Source: the human T2T-CHM13v2.0 reference genome, Homo sapiens. From it: a DNA stretch of 64,000 nucleotides. This document shows, piece by piece, positions 16,750 to 32,635 of this stretch (positions are counted from its first letter, which is position 1; every line of letters begins with the position of its first letter). The stretch is taken from NCBI RefSeq assembly GCF_009914755.1, contig NC_060942.1, one strand, 5' to 3'. Made by a program: the position numbers and the translations under genes. Below the pieces are notes generated by a model. It had not been told where the DNA came from, ran no database searches, and worked only from the letters and a program-made list of their open reading frames with translations.

Positions 16750-18148
16750 ATATTTTATTGAGGTATAATTGACCTCAATAAAAGGTCAATTGTATTGAAT
16801 TTTTACTGAGGTATAATAAACTGCACATATCTAAAGCATAGAATTTGTTAAGTTTTGACATATGTGTACACCCATGAAACCACCGCCACAGTCACAATGG
16901 TGAGTATACCTGTCACCCCCAAAAGTTCTCTCCTGCTCCTCTGTAACACCTCCCTCCCATCCTGACCTACTCCTCTCCAACCCCAAGCAACTGCTGCTAT
17001 GCTTTCTACCACTATTGATTGGTTTGCATTTTCTAGACTTTTATATAAATGGAATCATGCAATAGATACTTTTTTCTTTGATCTCGACTCTTTCACTCAT
17101 CATAATTATTTTGGTATTCATCAGTGTCATTGTGTGTATCAATAGTTTATTGGGTTTTGTTGCTGAGTAACATTTCATTGTATAGCTATAGGACAATTTG
17201 TTTATTGATTTGCATATGGATGGATAATTGGGTTGTTTGCAGTTTTTGGCTATTGTAAGCAAAACTGCTATGAACATTTATGTATGAGTCTTCAAATGGA
17301 CATATATTTCCTCTTCTTGGTAAATGCCTAGGTGTGGAATGGATGGAATATACAGTAGGTATATGCTTTAAGAAAAAAAAAAACCCTGCAAAACTGCTTT
17401 CCAAAGTGTTTTTACCATTTTCTATTCCCACTAGCAATAAATGAAAGTTTCATTTTTTTCACATCCACACCAACACTTGGTGTGGCTGGACTTTTTATAA
17501 TAGGAGAGTTGCGGCATCTCACTGTGGCTTTAGCTTACAATATCCTAATGACTAATAATGTCGAGCATCTTCTCGTGCTTTTTTGCCATCCATATATCTG
17601 CTTTGATGCTGTTTCCAGATGTTTTGTCCATTTTTAATTGGGTTGTTTCTTATTATTGAGTTCTGAGATTTATTTATATTTTCTGCATACACATTCCTTA
17701 AAAACTTTATATGCTTTTTTATGTTTTAGATGCTTTTTAAAAATTACTTATGTGCTTTGCAAAGATATAGTCCCAGTCTGTAGTTTGCATTTTTATTCTC
17801 TTAACAATATCTTTGAAAAGTCAGAAGTTTTTGAGTTTGATAACATCCATTTTATCATTTTTTTTTTCATTTATGGATTGTACCCTTGGCGTCATTTCTA
17901 ACAAACCTTTATCAAACTCAAGGTCACAAAGTTGTTTTTCTATGTTCTCTCCTGAAAGTTTTGTGTTTTTAGGCTTTACATTTAGGTCTATATTCATTTC
18001 TGAGTTTATTTTTGTAGATTGTTAGATATGATCAATGTCCTTTTGTTTTTTATTTTTTATTTTGTTTTGTTTTGCATATGGGTATCAACTGCTCTGGCAC
18101 CATTTATTGAAAAGGGCTATCTTTTCTTCACTGCATTGTCTTTGAGCC
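16750..18148 (-). mobile_element. Old L1 3' segment (L1MB/L1MC-like)
   Basis: ttttactgaggtata...aactgcacatat...aaatggaatcat 3'-UTR motifs; degenerate ORF2 C-terminal peptide (FIAVLLTIAKN). Confidence 0.8.
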
Positions 18149-20250
18149 TTGTTGTGGGTTGAACTGTGTCCTCTAAAAAGATACGTTTAAGTCCTAACAC
18201 CCAGTATCTGGGAATGTGACCCTATTTGGAAATTGGGTCTTTGTTTATTGACATAAAATAAGATGAGGTCAGGCTGGATTACAGTGGGTCCTAATCCAAT
18301 GACCAGTATCCTTATAAAAAGAGGGAGATTTGTACACTGAGACAGAGACACAGAGAAGATACCATGTTGACGATGGAGACAGAAATTGGAGTGATGCTGC
18401 TACACACCAAGGAAGGCCAAGGACTGTTGGTAATACCAAAAGCTGGGAGGGAGGCCTGGTACAGATTCTCCCCCAACACCTCCAAGAGGAACCATGCCTG
18501 TCAACACCTTGACTTCCTACTTCTGGCCTCCAGAACCATGAGATTTTTTAGTCTTCAACTCCTAAGTTCACGGGTACATGTGCGGGATGTACAGTTTTGT
18601 TACATAGGTAAATGTGTACCATGCTAGTTTGCTGCACAAATCAACCCATCACCTATGTATTAAGCCCAGCATTCATTTGCTATTCTTCCTAATGTGCTCC
18701 CTCCTCCCACCCTCCCCAACAGGCCCTAGTGTGTGTTGTTCTTCACCATGTGTCCATATGTTCTCATCATTCCGTTCCCACTTATAAGTGAGAACATGCA
18801 GTGTTTGGTTATCTGTTCCTGCATTAGTTTGCTGAGGATAATGGCTTCCAGCTCCATCTATGTCCCTGCAAATGACATGATCTAATTCCTTTTTATGACT
18901 GCATAGTATTCCATAGAATATATGTACCACATTTTCTTTATCTAGTCTATCATTGATGAGCAGTTGGGTCGATTCCATGTCTTTGCTATTGTGAATAGTG
19001 CTGCAATGAACATACATGTGCATGTATCTTTATAAAAGAATGATTTATATTCCTCTGGGTATATACTCAGTAATAGGATTGCTGGGTCAAGTGGTATTTC
19101 TACCTTTAGGTCTTTAAGAAATTGCCACACTGCTTGCCACAATGGTTGAACTAATTTATACTCCCACCAACAGTGTAAATGCATTCCTTTCTCTGCAAAT
19201 TCAGCAGCATCTGTTGTTTTTTGACTTTAATTATCACCATTCTGACTGGTGTGAGATGGTATCTCATTGTGGTTTTCATTTGCATTTCTCTAATGATCAG
19301 TGATTTTTTTTTCATATGTTTATTGGCCATATGCATGTCTTCTTTTGAGAAGTGCCTGTTCATGTCCTTTGTCCACTTTTTAATGGGGTCTTTTTTTTCT
19401 TGTAAATTGGTTTATTAGACCTTCGTTAGATGGATAGATTGCAAAAATGTTCTCCCATTTTGTAGGTTGTCTGTTCACCCTGATGATAGTTTATTTTGTT
19501 GTGCAAAAGCTCTTTAGTTTAATTAGATCACATTTGTCAATTTTTGCTTTTGTTGCAATTGCTTTTTGTCACGAAATCTTTTCCCATGTCTATGTCCTGA
19601 TTCATATTGCCTAGATTTTCTTCTGCAAAAATGTTCTCCCATTCTGTAGGTTGTCTGTTCACCCTGATGATAGTTTATTTTGTTGCAAAAAAGCTCTTTA
19701 ATTAGACTGCATTTGTCAATTTTTGCTTTTGTTGCAATTGCTTTTGGCATTTTCGTCATGAAATCTTTGCCCATGCCTATGTCCTGATTGATATTGCCTA
19801 GATTTTCTTCTAGGATTTTTATAGTTTTGGGTTTTAAGTCTTTAATCCATCTCAAGTTAATTTTTGCATAAGGTGTAAGTAAGGGGTCCAGTTTCAATTT
19901 TCTACATATGTCTAGCCAGTTCTCCCAGAACAATTTATGAAATAGGGAATCTTTTCCCCATTGCTTGTTTTTGTCAGGTTTGTTGAAGATCAGATGGTTG
20001 TAGGTGTGTGGCTTTATTTCTGAGTTCTCTATTCTGTTCCATTGGTCTACGTGTCTGTTTTTTGTACCAGTACCATGCTGTTTTGGTTACTGCAGCCTTG
20101 TAGTATAGTTTGAAGTCAGGTAGTGTGATGCTTCCAGCTTTGTTCTTTTTGCTTAGGACTGTCTTGGCTATTTGGGCTCTTTTCTGGAAGAACCATGAGA
20201 TTTTTAAGCCACCCAGTTTATGGCGGTTTGTTACAGCCACCCTAAGATAT
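18149..20250 (+). mobile_element. MLT1B/C-like LTR split by an L1 insertion (18149-18548 and 20189-20250)
   Basis: tgttgtgggttgaactgtgtc...gaatgtgaccctatttggaaat...; resumes with aagccacccagtttatgg after the L1. Confidence 0.8.
18549..20188 (-). mobile_element. 5'-truncated older L1PA (about PA8-16)
   Basis: L1 3' UTR and ORF2 C-terminal peptides; 17-bp TSD agaaccatgagattttt at 18532-18548 and 20189-20205; TT|AAAA site. Confidence 0.9.
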
Positions 20251-20371
20251 ATACATACATAATGTACACATAAATGTATGTAACATATTTTAATCTATTT
20301 AAACATTAAAAATACTGAATCACAAGGCTTTTATGTGCCCTTGCCACTTTGACTGTACCTACAACACATGC

Positions 20372-20398
20372 ATCACACACACACACACACACACGCAC
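20372..20398. repeat. (CA)n microsatellite
   Basis: Read directly. Confidence 0.9.
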
Positions 20399-21707
20399 CA
20401 GTTTACCTATTAACTAGTGCATTCATTTTGTGAGATTTTCTTTTTAACTTTAACTTTGCCATCACACACAGTTTGAGTGCATAGAGAGGACCTCTGAATG
20501 TGCCACTGAAGTCTGGCAGGCCACAGTGGCAGCATTCCTCTCTAGCTGACTTGGCAATGTGTGAGCAGCTCTCTCACGATGCCAGACAGGGGGTAGGGAA
20601 GAATGAATCACCAGATGGCTGAAAAGAGACACTTCCATTCGTGTGACCCCGCTGATATGGGCCATGCAGAGAGATTGCTGAGAATGGAGACAGGCCCACG
20701 CTTGCTGGAAACAGTATTCAGTGCCCCTGGGTCCTCAGGTACAACAGCAAAGAAACGGTGTTCAGAAAGGTGCCCCACACCCTGCTTGACTGCAGAGCAT
20801 ATGGACCAGGCTGGTGAATTCCCCCTTGCCATGACTCTGTAAGTGAAGAGCTGCCCTACAAAGTGAAAGAATTAACCTTCAAAGAGCAGGCTGTGTGGTT
20901 TCCTTCTGTTTCTCATGCTTGACATTCTCTGGCTGCCCCAGGAACCTGATGCAATCCCTTGCATTTCCCTGCCAGGCCCATATGCAATGATGTTCACTCA
21001 TCCTGATTTCTTTTCTTCGCTAGCCTACCGAGGGGCACTCGCAGTCTGGCCTGGTGTCTACCCCCAGGATTAGCTTCATCAACCTCAAATTTTTACATCT
21101 GCCAGTGACTTTTTGGGACTTTGGCTAATGGACTGTATGACGGTCAGTACAAGACAAGATTCTCAAATGAGAGTCATTACCTGAGGATATATATTAACTA
21201 CACCCAAGAGGCACACCGGGCCTCATCAGCATTCTCCAGGCTGACATCCTCACTGCTGAGATGCAAGGTTTAGAAAAAGGAGTGGAGAAGGAAGATGTCA
21301 ACTATTGAGCACCTACTGTATGGAAGCACCGTGCTAGGTATTTGCACATACATTGCCATATTAAAAAATAAACTTAGCAAAAACCTGAAACCAGAAAAGG
21401 AAACAGAGGCTGTGTGTGAAACACTCGCCTTGGATATGGATATCATTGACTCCTCCAAGAATAGTAACGCATAGAATGTTCTCTGAAAACATTACTGACC
21501 TTTGATTGTTGATACTCCCTCTAAACCTTAAGCTCTGGAGAACTGAAGATTGGCCCTAACAGTGAGCAGTAAAACCAGGGAAGGACACTGGTATGAATCC
21601 TCTGAGAATCAGTGAGTGATCATTATTTCAAAATTCCACTCTTCAGTTCTTTCCTGAAAGCATGATTTCACTATAATATGTAAAGATTTTAAAAAAAATA
21701 GATGTCA

Positions 21708-22056
<349 letters not shown>

Positions 22057-22844
22057 TTAATTGTCTCTCAAAAGAGCAGGGGTCTCTTTCTGGAGGGCAT
22101 GGGCACACGGCCATATTTGCAGTATGTCCCTTCCCTACAAACAGGTACAAATACTCTGTAAACTCAAGGCCACGAGCCACATCCAGACTCCGACATGGAT
22201 CTAAGCATATGCCATGTACATCTCAGGCACATTTGGCAAACAGATTATTTATGGGACTTGGCAGAAAAGTCTTTAGGGTTTTCAGTCACAGTCTTCCTGA
22301 CGGCACCCACTGTGACATTGAGCAGGTAAAGCGAATAATATATGCAACTTGGAAGGTCAATTCTTGCTCATATTTCTAATTATTAAATACACCATAATTG
22401 AGGGCCTCCCTGTAGAACAGTGTCCTGCTGTGAAGCTAGACTGTTCATTATTCAAAGTTGTTCTTTTGTTGCAGGCAACAATAACAGCACAGCACATGTG
22501 GAAACCCTATTGCTATTATTAGCTAGAGCATCCTTTTTTCAAAGAAAATAAGACAAGGTTTTTTGGCTTCTAGTACATGTTTCTTCTCTTTTTATTCCAG
22601 TGCCATCCTCACTGTTAGAGTTCACTGGCGAATCTCAACGCTCCACCAAAATACAACTGTATCAAGGATCATCCTTTGGTATCACCTTAATTGGTTTGTT
22701 TCCCTTCTGACCAAACATGTTTCCATGAGGAAAAAGAAAATCATGGGAACCTCCATTTGATCTAAAAGAGAAGAAACAAAATTTGAGGTTGCACAAATAG
22801 AAACTCACAGCATAGAAGTTTCTATAGGCTCTCCCTAGCCAAAG

Positions 22845-23778
<934 letters not shown>

Positions 23779-24260
23779 AAAGCAGATGTAAAAATGTCAA
23801 TACAGGAGAAATGTGGCCATCTAACTGAGGGGCACATTAATTGTATTACACAACTGTCCTTGGCCAAGTTTTCTAATAAGGTATAAATGGATAAACTACA
23901 TGAATAGCAAACTAAAGTAGATATATTATTTTTATAGCCTGTATGGTAACTAGCACACTTGAGAGCCTAAATTATTGAATACTAATCCTAAAACTCTTCA
24001 AGGGATGGCCATAGATCCTTTGTCCTTCTATTTTAAGTCTTTGATTACAAATAGCACTATTACCCATGGCCATGTTCTAAGAGGTTTCTCAGCATTGTAT
24101 TCAGTTGTTTGGTCAAAGTTCCACACTGCAGGAGAGAGTTCTCGCTCTCCTGAACTGAAAAGAATGATGGTGCCAATGTGTAGGAACTCTAAAGCACAAG
24201 AAATCTACATCTTGATGTGGTAGTCATTAGGGCTGTTCCCAGACATTCCAGTAACTCCTC

Positions 24261-24628
24261 TGTTATAAACTGCATTCTTGTGTTTATAAATTCATATGTT
24301 GAAATCCTAACTTCCAATGCAATAGTATTAGGAGGTGGGGCCATCTGGAAGGTAATTAGGTTTAAATGAGTTCATGAGGGTGGAACCCCCATCATGGGAT
24401 TATTGACCTTATAAAAAGAAAAAGAGACTAGAGCTTACTCTCTTGGCCACATGAGGACACAGCAAGGCAGCAGCTAAGTACAAGCCAGGAAGAGAGACCA
24501 CATCAAAAACCAAATCTGCTGGTGCCTTGATCTTAGACTTCCCTGCCTCCAGGACTGTAAGAAATAAACTTTGTTTAAGCCAGCCAGTCTATGATGTCCT
24601 GTTATAACCGCCCAAACTGACTAAGACA
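24261..24628 (+). mobile_element. MLT1A/MST-type LTR nested in an older MLT1 LTR (~24215-24955)
   Basis: tgttataaactg...gactaagaca with 5-bp TSD tcctc (24256-24260 and 24629-24633). Confidence 0.8.
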
Positions 24629-24991
24629 TCCTCCTTCCAGGTACACAGTGGGACTGCATTTTGTCACTTCTTTATAGTTAAATATGGCTGCGTGACTCCA
24701 TTTAGCTAATGAAATATGAACATGATCCCTAAGAGCTAGTACATGATTTGCTATGTGCTCTTCTCCCTGCTATGGTGAGCTTTATAGCCTATGCCGGGAT
24801 GGCGCCTCTGCTGCTTGGGGTCTCTGAGCGACTGTATTGAGTAGACATAACAGCTGTCACATGACAGAGACACCAACTTTTATAGTGTTAAGCTACTAAG
24901 ATTTTGGAGTTATTTGTTACTTCAGCATAACTTAGCCTATCCTGACTGATACAACAACAATTGTTAACTTCTCTTAAGAAGAGAAACTAAC

Positions 24992-25368
24992 CGTATTAAT
25001 CTATTCTCACACTGCTAATAAAGACATACCTGAAACTGAGTAATTTATAAAGGAAAGAGGTTTAATTGACTTGCAGTTCTGCAGGACTGAGGAGGCCTCA
25101 GGAAACTTACAATCATGAAGGAAGGGAAACAAACACATCCTTCTTCACATGGTGGCAGTGAGGAAAACTGCAGAGTGAAGGCAGAGGGAAAGCACCTTAT
25201 AAAACCATCAGATCTTGTGAGAACTCACTCACTATCATAAGAACAGCATGGAGGTAACTGCCCCCATGATAGAGTTACCTCCCACCAGGTCCCTCCCACA
25301 ATGTGTGGGAATTATGGGAACTACAATTCAAGATGAGATTTGGGTGGGGACACAGCCAAATCATATCA
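24992..25368 (-). mobile_element. THE1-type MaLR solo LTR
   Basis: gtattaatctattctcacactgctaataaagacatacc...gggacacagccaaatcatatca. Confidence 0.9.
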
Positions 25369-26092
25369 ATAATCAATGGTATGACTATGACCAATATGAA
25401 TAGGATAATGACTACTGATGCCTCATCAAAAAACATGTACCCCAGTTTTGGGTTTTTTTTTCCATGAATAAGAATGGATTTCCTTGACCAATTAACTTTC
25501 TTCTGTTTCTTTTCAAAATTAGCAGCACACATTTTTGAGATTGGAGATATCAAATAGCACTGTAGTCTGTGGCTCTTCCCCATCTCCAACTATCAAAAAC
25601 ATACTTCAGCCTTCCAGCTCCATCTCATGAAGCCTTCTGATCCAGAGACAGTTACCACTTCAGAGTTCTTATGTACAGAGTTAATACCTCTCCCGGAATT
25701 CAGCACATTCACTGGTATTGTAACTATTTTGTGCCTGGCTATTTAGCATTCTTCACCCTCTGGACACAACATTTTCAGGAGTCGTAGAGATTGAGGGGAA
25801 ACACAATTAAATGCACACTATTATTCCAGGAGAAAAGTCTGTCTTAAATTTCTGACTTCCCTTGTCTCCAAGTGAGCTATTCTGGAGATGTTAGAATGAA
25901 CCCCAAAAGGTCCTATTTCTGTGTTTTCCCAAGCCTAGAGCAAACCTAAATCACCTATTCCAGGCTTGCTTTCTCATCCTGTTCCACAATTTCTCCAGAG
26001 TTAAAGTAAAGCCAAAGCCAGTTTATCTTCCAACACCACAAAAAGTCAGGAAAGAGTAAACTGCATCTACTTCATAATATAAAATATCCCAG

Positions 26093-26392
26093 GGCTGAGG
26101 GCAGTGACTCATTCCTGCAATCCTAGCACTTTGTGAGGCTGAGGCAGGAGGATTTCTTGAGCCCAGGAGTTGGAGACCAGCCTAGTCAATATAGTGAGAC
26201 CTCATATCTGTAAAAAATTTTCAAATATTAGCCAGGCATGGTGGCACATGCCTGTTATTCCAGCTACTCAGGAAGCTGAGGTGGGAGGATCACTTGAGCC
26301 CTGGAGGTCAAGGCTGCAGTGAGCCAAGATTGTACCACTGCACTCCTGGGCAACAGGGCAAGACCCTGTCAAAAAAAAAAAAAAAAAAAAAA
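26093..26392 (+). mobile_element. AluJ
   Basis: Dimeric Alu with J features (ggaggatcacttgagccc) and a polyA tail. Confidence 0.93.
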
Positions 26393-26594
26393 GCCCCTAC
26401 ATTTTCCTCTGAAAGTAATTATCATATTAGTTCTGCTACAGTCCTACTTCAAGTTTCGGTGCCTGTATTAAACTAAGGGGAGAGGAATAGAAGAACAATA
26501 CCTTTCTTCTCTTTGCTTCTTTCTTGGAAGTATATTGTTTCACTTCTTTACTCTCCTGCCCTGCTGATTTTGTCAACATTTGTAGGTATGTCAG

Positions 26595-27052
26595 TTGGTG
26601 AAAAGTTTGGTTGAATAGTGTCCCCACACATACCCCCAAATTCCCAGAACTTCAGAATGTGACCTTATTTGGAAATAGGGTCATTACAGATGTCATTTGT
26701 TAAACTGAGGTCATACTCGAGTAGTTTTAATCCAGTATTTCTTGGTGTCCTTATAAGAAGTGAAGAAAGCCAGAGATGGAAAGGCATAGAGGGATGATGG
26801 CCATGTGACAACCGATGTAAAGGTTGAAGCTATGCAGTTGCAAGCCAAGGAATGCCAAGAATTTCCAGCAACCACCAGAAGCCAAAAGAGAGGCATCTTC
26901 AGACTCTTTCTCTAAACCTCCAGGAAGGAATCAACTCTACCGACACCTTGATTTTGGATTCTGGCATCTAGAACTGTGATAAAGTAAATTCTTGATATTT
27001 TAAGCCACCAATTTGTGTTCCCTTGTTACAGCAGCCCTAGAAAACTAAAACA
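26595..27052 (+). mobile_element. MLT1C/D-like LTR
   Basis: gaatgtgaccttatttggaaataggg...caagccaaggaatgcc...gttacagcagccctagaaaact. Confidence 0.8.
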
Positions 27053-29149
27053 GTGTCTTTTAATTATGTTCTCTCTACTGCTTCTCAGACTGCTTGGCAT
27101 TTTTATAATGAGTCTTTATGCAATGATCTCACACGTTCCTGCATTTTAAATCTTAATGCTTCTCGGGTCTCTGCCCTGAGTTGAGCAAAATAGGATATGA
27201 GGCCCGAAGTCTTCTTTCTCCAGATAAAAACACATCAAGATCAGAAGCAATATCTTGTTCACCTTTTAATCTCTCCTCCAACACCCTGTCAGAACCTAGA
27301 ACAGCACTCAGCCCACAGCAGGGCCTCAAAAATACTTAACAAAATTACAGAACTAACACTAGATATTATTCCCATTCTTCTCTCATCTCATACCAAACAG
27401 TGATTTAGAATAACTGAATCACCAAATACGTTAGTGTTGGTTCACTTCATGGCCAATTATCAAACAATAAACTGGGTCACTTTAACATTCAGTCTAAGTC
27501 AGTCCATCCACATAAGTCAGTCCATCCACATATGGAGGCCAACTATTCCACGGTCCATTAACGCCATTCCCTTCAATGATTACATCAGGGCAACCAAATG
27601 AACATCCAATTGCCAGAGCCAGGTTTTGGGCATCTGAAGTAACAGAACATCATTAATCACTGAGGACAGAATGAGAAACCTCAGATCTAAGGGGCAAAAG
27701 TAAAAGCTAAAATTATCCTACTGATCTGACAGAGCAAGTCTCCGTGTGCACATAGCCATGTCACCAATGACTGGGTACACATGCCACATCCCTCAACAGA
27801 ATTTCTGTTTATTCATTTGCTATTAACCTTAATGAGTTGAGTGGCAGGTGAAATATCTACTGGCTTCCATTTACGTTCCACTTTCTTTCCAAGCATAAGG
27901 CAAAGCCAATTTTCTCGATTGGGCTGGGAAGGAGTCCTAATTACCTAAGAACCAGCACATTTCAATCTTATAGGGACTAAGTCTCTCTGTATTGGAATGC
28001 AACCCAAACACAGTTTTCTGTTTCATGAACAAAGAGAAAGCCAAAGAAAGTCTTCTTGAAAACCACTTAATGCCTAGGAGGTTCTCCAGTCAACTTTGCC
28101 ATTTGAAATCATACTCCTTACAGGCAACCAATGGTGCTCAAAGCATCTCTTTCAGCATCAATCTTCCTACTTCGTGATATTTGGGGGATGTCTTAATTAG
28201 ATCAGTTACTTTGCCATTCCTTTAAGTATTATATCTCAAGTTACCTGTTGGCTTCTTACAGGTCTCATGAAGACAGCTCCATTTTTTAGAGGTAGCTAGG
28301 AAATATATAGCTGCTTTCAAAGTTCTATCGCTTTCTGGGACAAGCAGTTCATCTTATTTCTTCTCCATGGCTAGTCATTAAATGTTGAAGGTCTTGGCTA
28401 ATTCTGGGTACTCTAATCTGCAGTGAATCTGAAAGAAGAGAAAATCAACTAAAAGCCAGACTGTGGATGTTCATGTACTCATTTTAGGAATGGGCTGGTC
28501 ACAAGGGTAGAATAACTGACTGCATTGGGCTTCAGAAAAGGTCTTGAACTTTTCAACATTTTCCCCCACATGTTATCTCTGAAAATGCAAACACCCTGGG
28601 GGAGATAAACCTCTTTTATCAAGACTTTTTAAAAAATCCATCACAGCATTGATCAGGGTACTGAAGTGGTAATAATTTTCATAGAGCCAAGACAAACAGG
28701 GCCCTAACAGTGCCCTGTTAGGTACGCACTGTGGAGTCAGAAAGAATCCAAAGAGCTTAGAGGACTGGATCCTCAGTCTCTGAGCAGACAAAATACTGTT
28801 ATCTCCATTTCAGAGATAAGACAACTGAGTCCCCTGGGATTAAAAATGGTACCCTATTGAACACCAAGAAGGCACTAGATGCTTGAAAACTTTTTTATGA
28901 GCAGAGGATAGACTAGATAGAACAGAAAAGGGCGAGAGAAGGGTGCCTAGCTTCATGATTGGCCAAGTCATCTCCACTATGTGAAAATGCCATACTACCT
29001 GGGAAGGTGACCCCTTAGGCCAGCAACAGTTGGGGCTGTGAAGACCAAAGAGGTCAGAGAGAGAGGTTTGGATGGAGATGAGAAACAAGGTACAGAGTCA
29101 GGGACATTGAGGGCTCTGAATATCTGGATGCGAATGCTGAGAAATGATA

Positions 29150-29430
29150 CAAGTCAGAAACAGAGAATCAAATACCTCAGGTTCTCACTTATAAGTGGGA
29201 GCTAAATAATGTGTATGCATAGACAAAGAGTGTGGGCTGATGGAGAGTGGACACTCAGAAGGGTGGAGGGACAAGAGAGGGGAGAGTGATGAGAAATTAC
29301 TTAATGGGTACTATGTACATTATTGGGGTGATGGCTACACTGAAAAACAAGATTTTGCCACTACATGTTGTACACATGTAACAAAATTGCTTCTGTACAC
29401 CCTAAATTTATATAAATTCTAAAAAGAAAT
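29150..29430 (+). mobile_element. L1 3'-end fragment (L1MA/PB-like)
   Basis: gttctcacttataagtgggagctaaa...gtacaccctaaatttata with an A-rich end. Confidence 0.8.
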
Positions 29431-30369
29431 GGGAAAGAGAAAAGTCAAAGCTTACCTCCCTATTACTTGGAAACTGGCTCTAGTATTGATTTTATTCCTG
29501 CACTCAGGATAGATCATTTGATGAGTAGCTAGGTGAAAGAGTAGCCCAAAGGAAAACAAAGCAGGGTAGAAAATGAGCAAAGCCAAAGATTTTCTGTGTA
29601 AAATTCAGCGTTCCAAAACCTCTACAGTAACACTCCAGGTCAGATAATCTGCAACGCCCCCTGGACCTGAGCAACCACACCATGATTGACACAGCCATCA
29701 GTTCAGCTACTGGTATCTGTCTATAAGGAACAGAAGCAGCATGCAGATGATGGTTTAAGCAAAGATTTGTTTTTGTCACAAATAAGAAATGCCATGCTGT
29801 TTAAGGGACTCAATGGCGTTGGGCCAATGTTGCTGAATTCTCTTGGCTTCCCCATTGGTTTGTAAGATGGCATCAGCAGCTTCAAGGTTCAGATCTCAAA
29901 CTGTGTTCAAGGGCAGGAAGCTGAGCATAGGGCTAGAAGATTTTCTGTGACTTCCTCTTATTAGGGAGGAAAAATTTTTCCTAGAAGGTCCAAGCAGACT
30001 TCTTATATTCTCCCTAATCTATGTCACATTCCCATCCTTAGACCAGGGACTACATCTACATTCCCTAAGAATAACTGAACCCCATCTGATGCCTGTCCAA
30101 AGTGGGTTACCCTTGCTCCATCCAAAAGGCATGGAAGATCAGGGGCTGGCACTTTTGGGGACTGTACCTTCTACTGTTAATGGGATCCAGGTAGACTGAG
30201 TGCCACTGGATCAGAGCAGAACCATCAAGGCCAGCACAAGCAGGAGGCTGCTGGGGCTGCCAGTTGAGAGAAAACAATCTGTCCCAGGCAGGCATGCTCT
30301 CCAAATTTAGAAGCAAGAGCTAGCCTTTCCAGAGGGCTCTTTGAAAATGTTAGAAAATTATAATTAGAC

Positions 30370-30820
30370 TTTGTGCTTCTACCAAGCCTTTTGTCCCAGG
30401 AGCTCAGGGCACTTCTCTGCATCATCTCATTAATCTTCACCACGCCATTCGAGGCAGCCTGCAACTATTGTCATCTTTATTTTCAGGATGAAAGATCTGA
30501 GATGTGGAAACAGGTCAATGGCTTGCCTAGTGTCATATACTCAGTGAGGCACCAGCAGCTGAGGACAGGACCAAAACTTATCACTGAAGACCCGGGACAA
30601 GTACATGGATGGCATTTACTTACCCAGAAAGCATGAGACTTGCAAGGTGACTTGACAGAAGAATGTCAAAGCTCTGTGCAAAGAGGTGAGAGGAACAGAA
30701 CACAAGCTGTGATTTACTATCCAAGGAACCTTGGGCAAGTCACTTACACTTTCTGAACAGTTCCTCATCTAAAAAATGAAAGTAACATCTACCACATCGA
30801 ACTTCACTTGGCTGTTTCAA
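30370..30820. mobile_element. MIR fragments
   Basis: MIR core motifs (tttcaggatgaaaga; ccttgggcaagtcacttac...ttcctcatctaaaaaatg). Confidence 0.6.
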
Positions 30821-31724
30821 AGACAAAAGAAGTGTTTTAAACAAAACCATGTGACCTAGGACATTTTATAAAATCTAAGTCAACATAAGGCATTGTTATT
30901 TGAGAGGATTTGTAGAATCAACATTTAAAATGAGCCTGCAGCTGTTGGCACACAATGATAATCCTGAATTGCAACCAGACAATTATAGAAAATGCATCCT
31001 AAGAGATGACTAAGAAGTTCCTTTTTGCCATTCAATGTGCTATGATCATTTTCACCACTTACTCTATGGAAAGTGCTACAAAGCATGCAAGGACAACTGG
31101 ACTGTGACCCACATCCTCTAGGAAATACGGTCTGGTAGAGGAGACAGATAAACCACTCATTTCACTGTGAGGAAAAATGAAAGAAAACATGTAATAGCCA
31201 AGGAGACCAAATGTGGGGGGTCCAGAGGAGGCTTGGGTCGGTTCCCATTCAGCAGCTCAGAGGAAGCTTTTGGGAAGTTGCAGGGTGATAGGAAAAGAGA
31301 CCCCAGATGGCAGGAATATTGCAGTGGGGAGAAATGGAAGCCAAGAACATACAATATTATATGACTAAAGAAAAAGGTACATGGAAGATTGTAGACATTC
31401 CAATAAAAAGTTTGTGCAACATGGTATTAAGTGGGATGTTTTTTCCTGTTGTCTTGGAAACGTGGTAGCTCCTCAGTGAAGCTGAAACTGGACACAGCTC
31501 CTAAACAACCACAAACACCAGCTATGACAGCAACACCACTACAGTGGAGCCCATCACCGCAGAAGGACCAGAAGTGGCCAGGGTAAGGCTGGGGCAGACA
31601 TACTTCACTAATCTGCAGCAGAGGGTCCCTCAAGATTCCTCTTTCTGCTCCCTTCTCCTTTCCCCTTCCCCTGCACCCCACCTTCCTTTGCTCAAACAAG
31701 AAGCCACATCTACAACAGTGACTT

Positions 31725-31896
31725 TCTTTCTTTTTTTTTCTTTTAAAGACAAGGTCTTGCTCTGTCACCCAGGCTGGAGTGCAATGATACAATCACAGCT
31801 CACTGCAGCCTCCATCTCCAGAGCTCAAGAGATCCTCCTGCCTCAGCCTCCTGAGTAGCAGGGACCACAAGTGCATGTCCACCACCCCTGGCTAAA
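31725..31896 (-). mobile_element. Alu right monomer (FRAM/AluJ)
   Basis: Monomer with polyT; TSD acagtgactttc / acaatgactttc. Confidence 0.85.
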
Positions 31897-32002
31897 ACAA
31901 TGACTTTCAAACTTCTCTAAGCATGACCCACAGTAAATGTTTTACATTATGACACGATTCACACAATTCCAGGCAGCTGACATCTATTATCACATTTATT
32001 TT

Positions 32003-32635
<633 letters not shown>

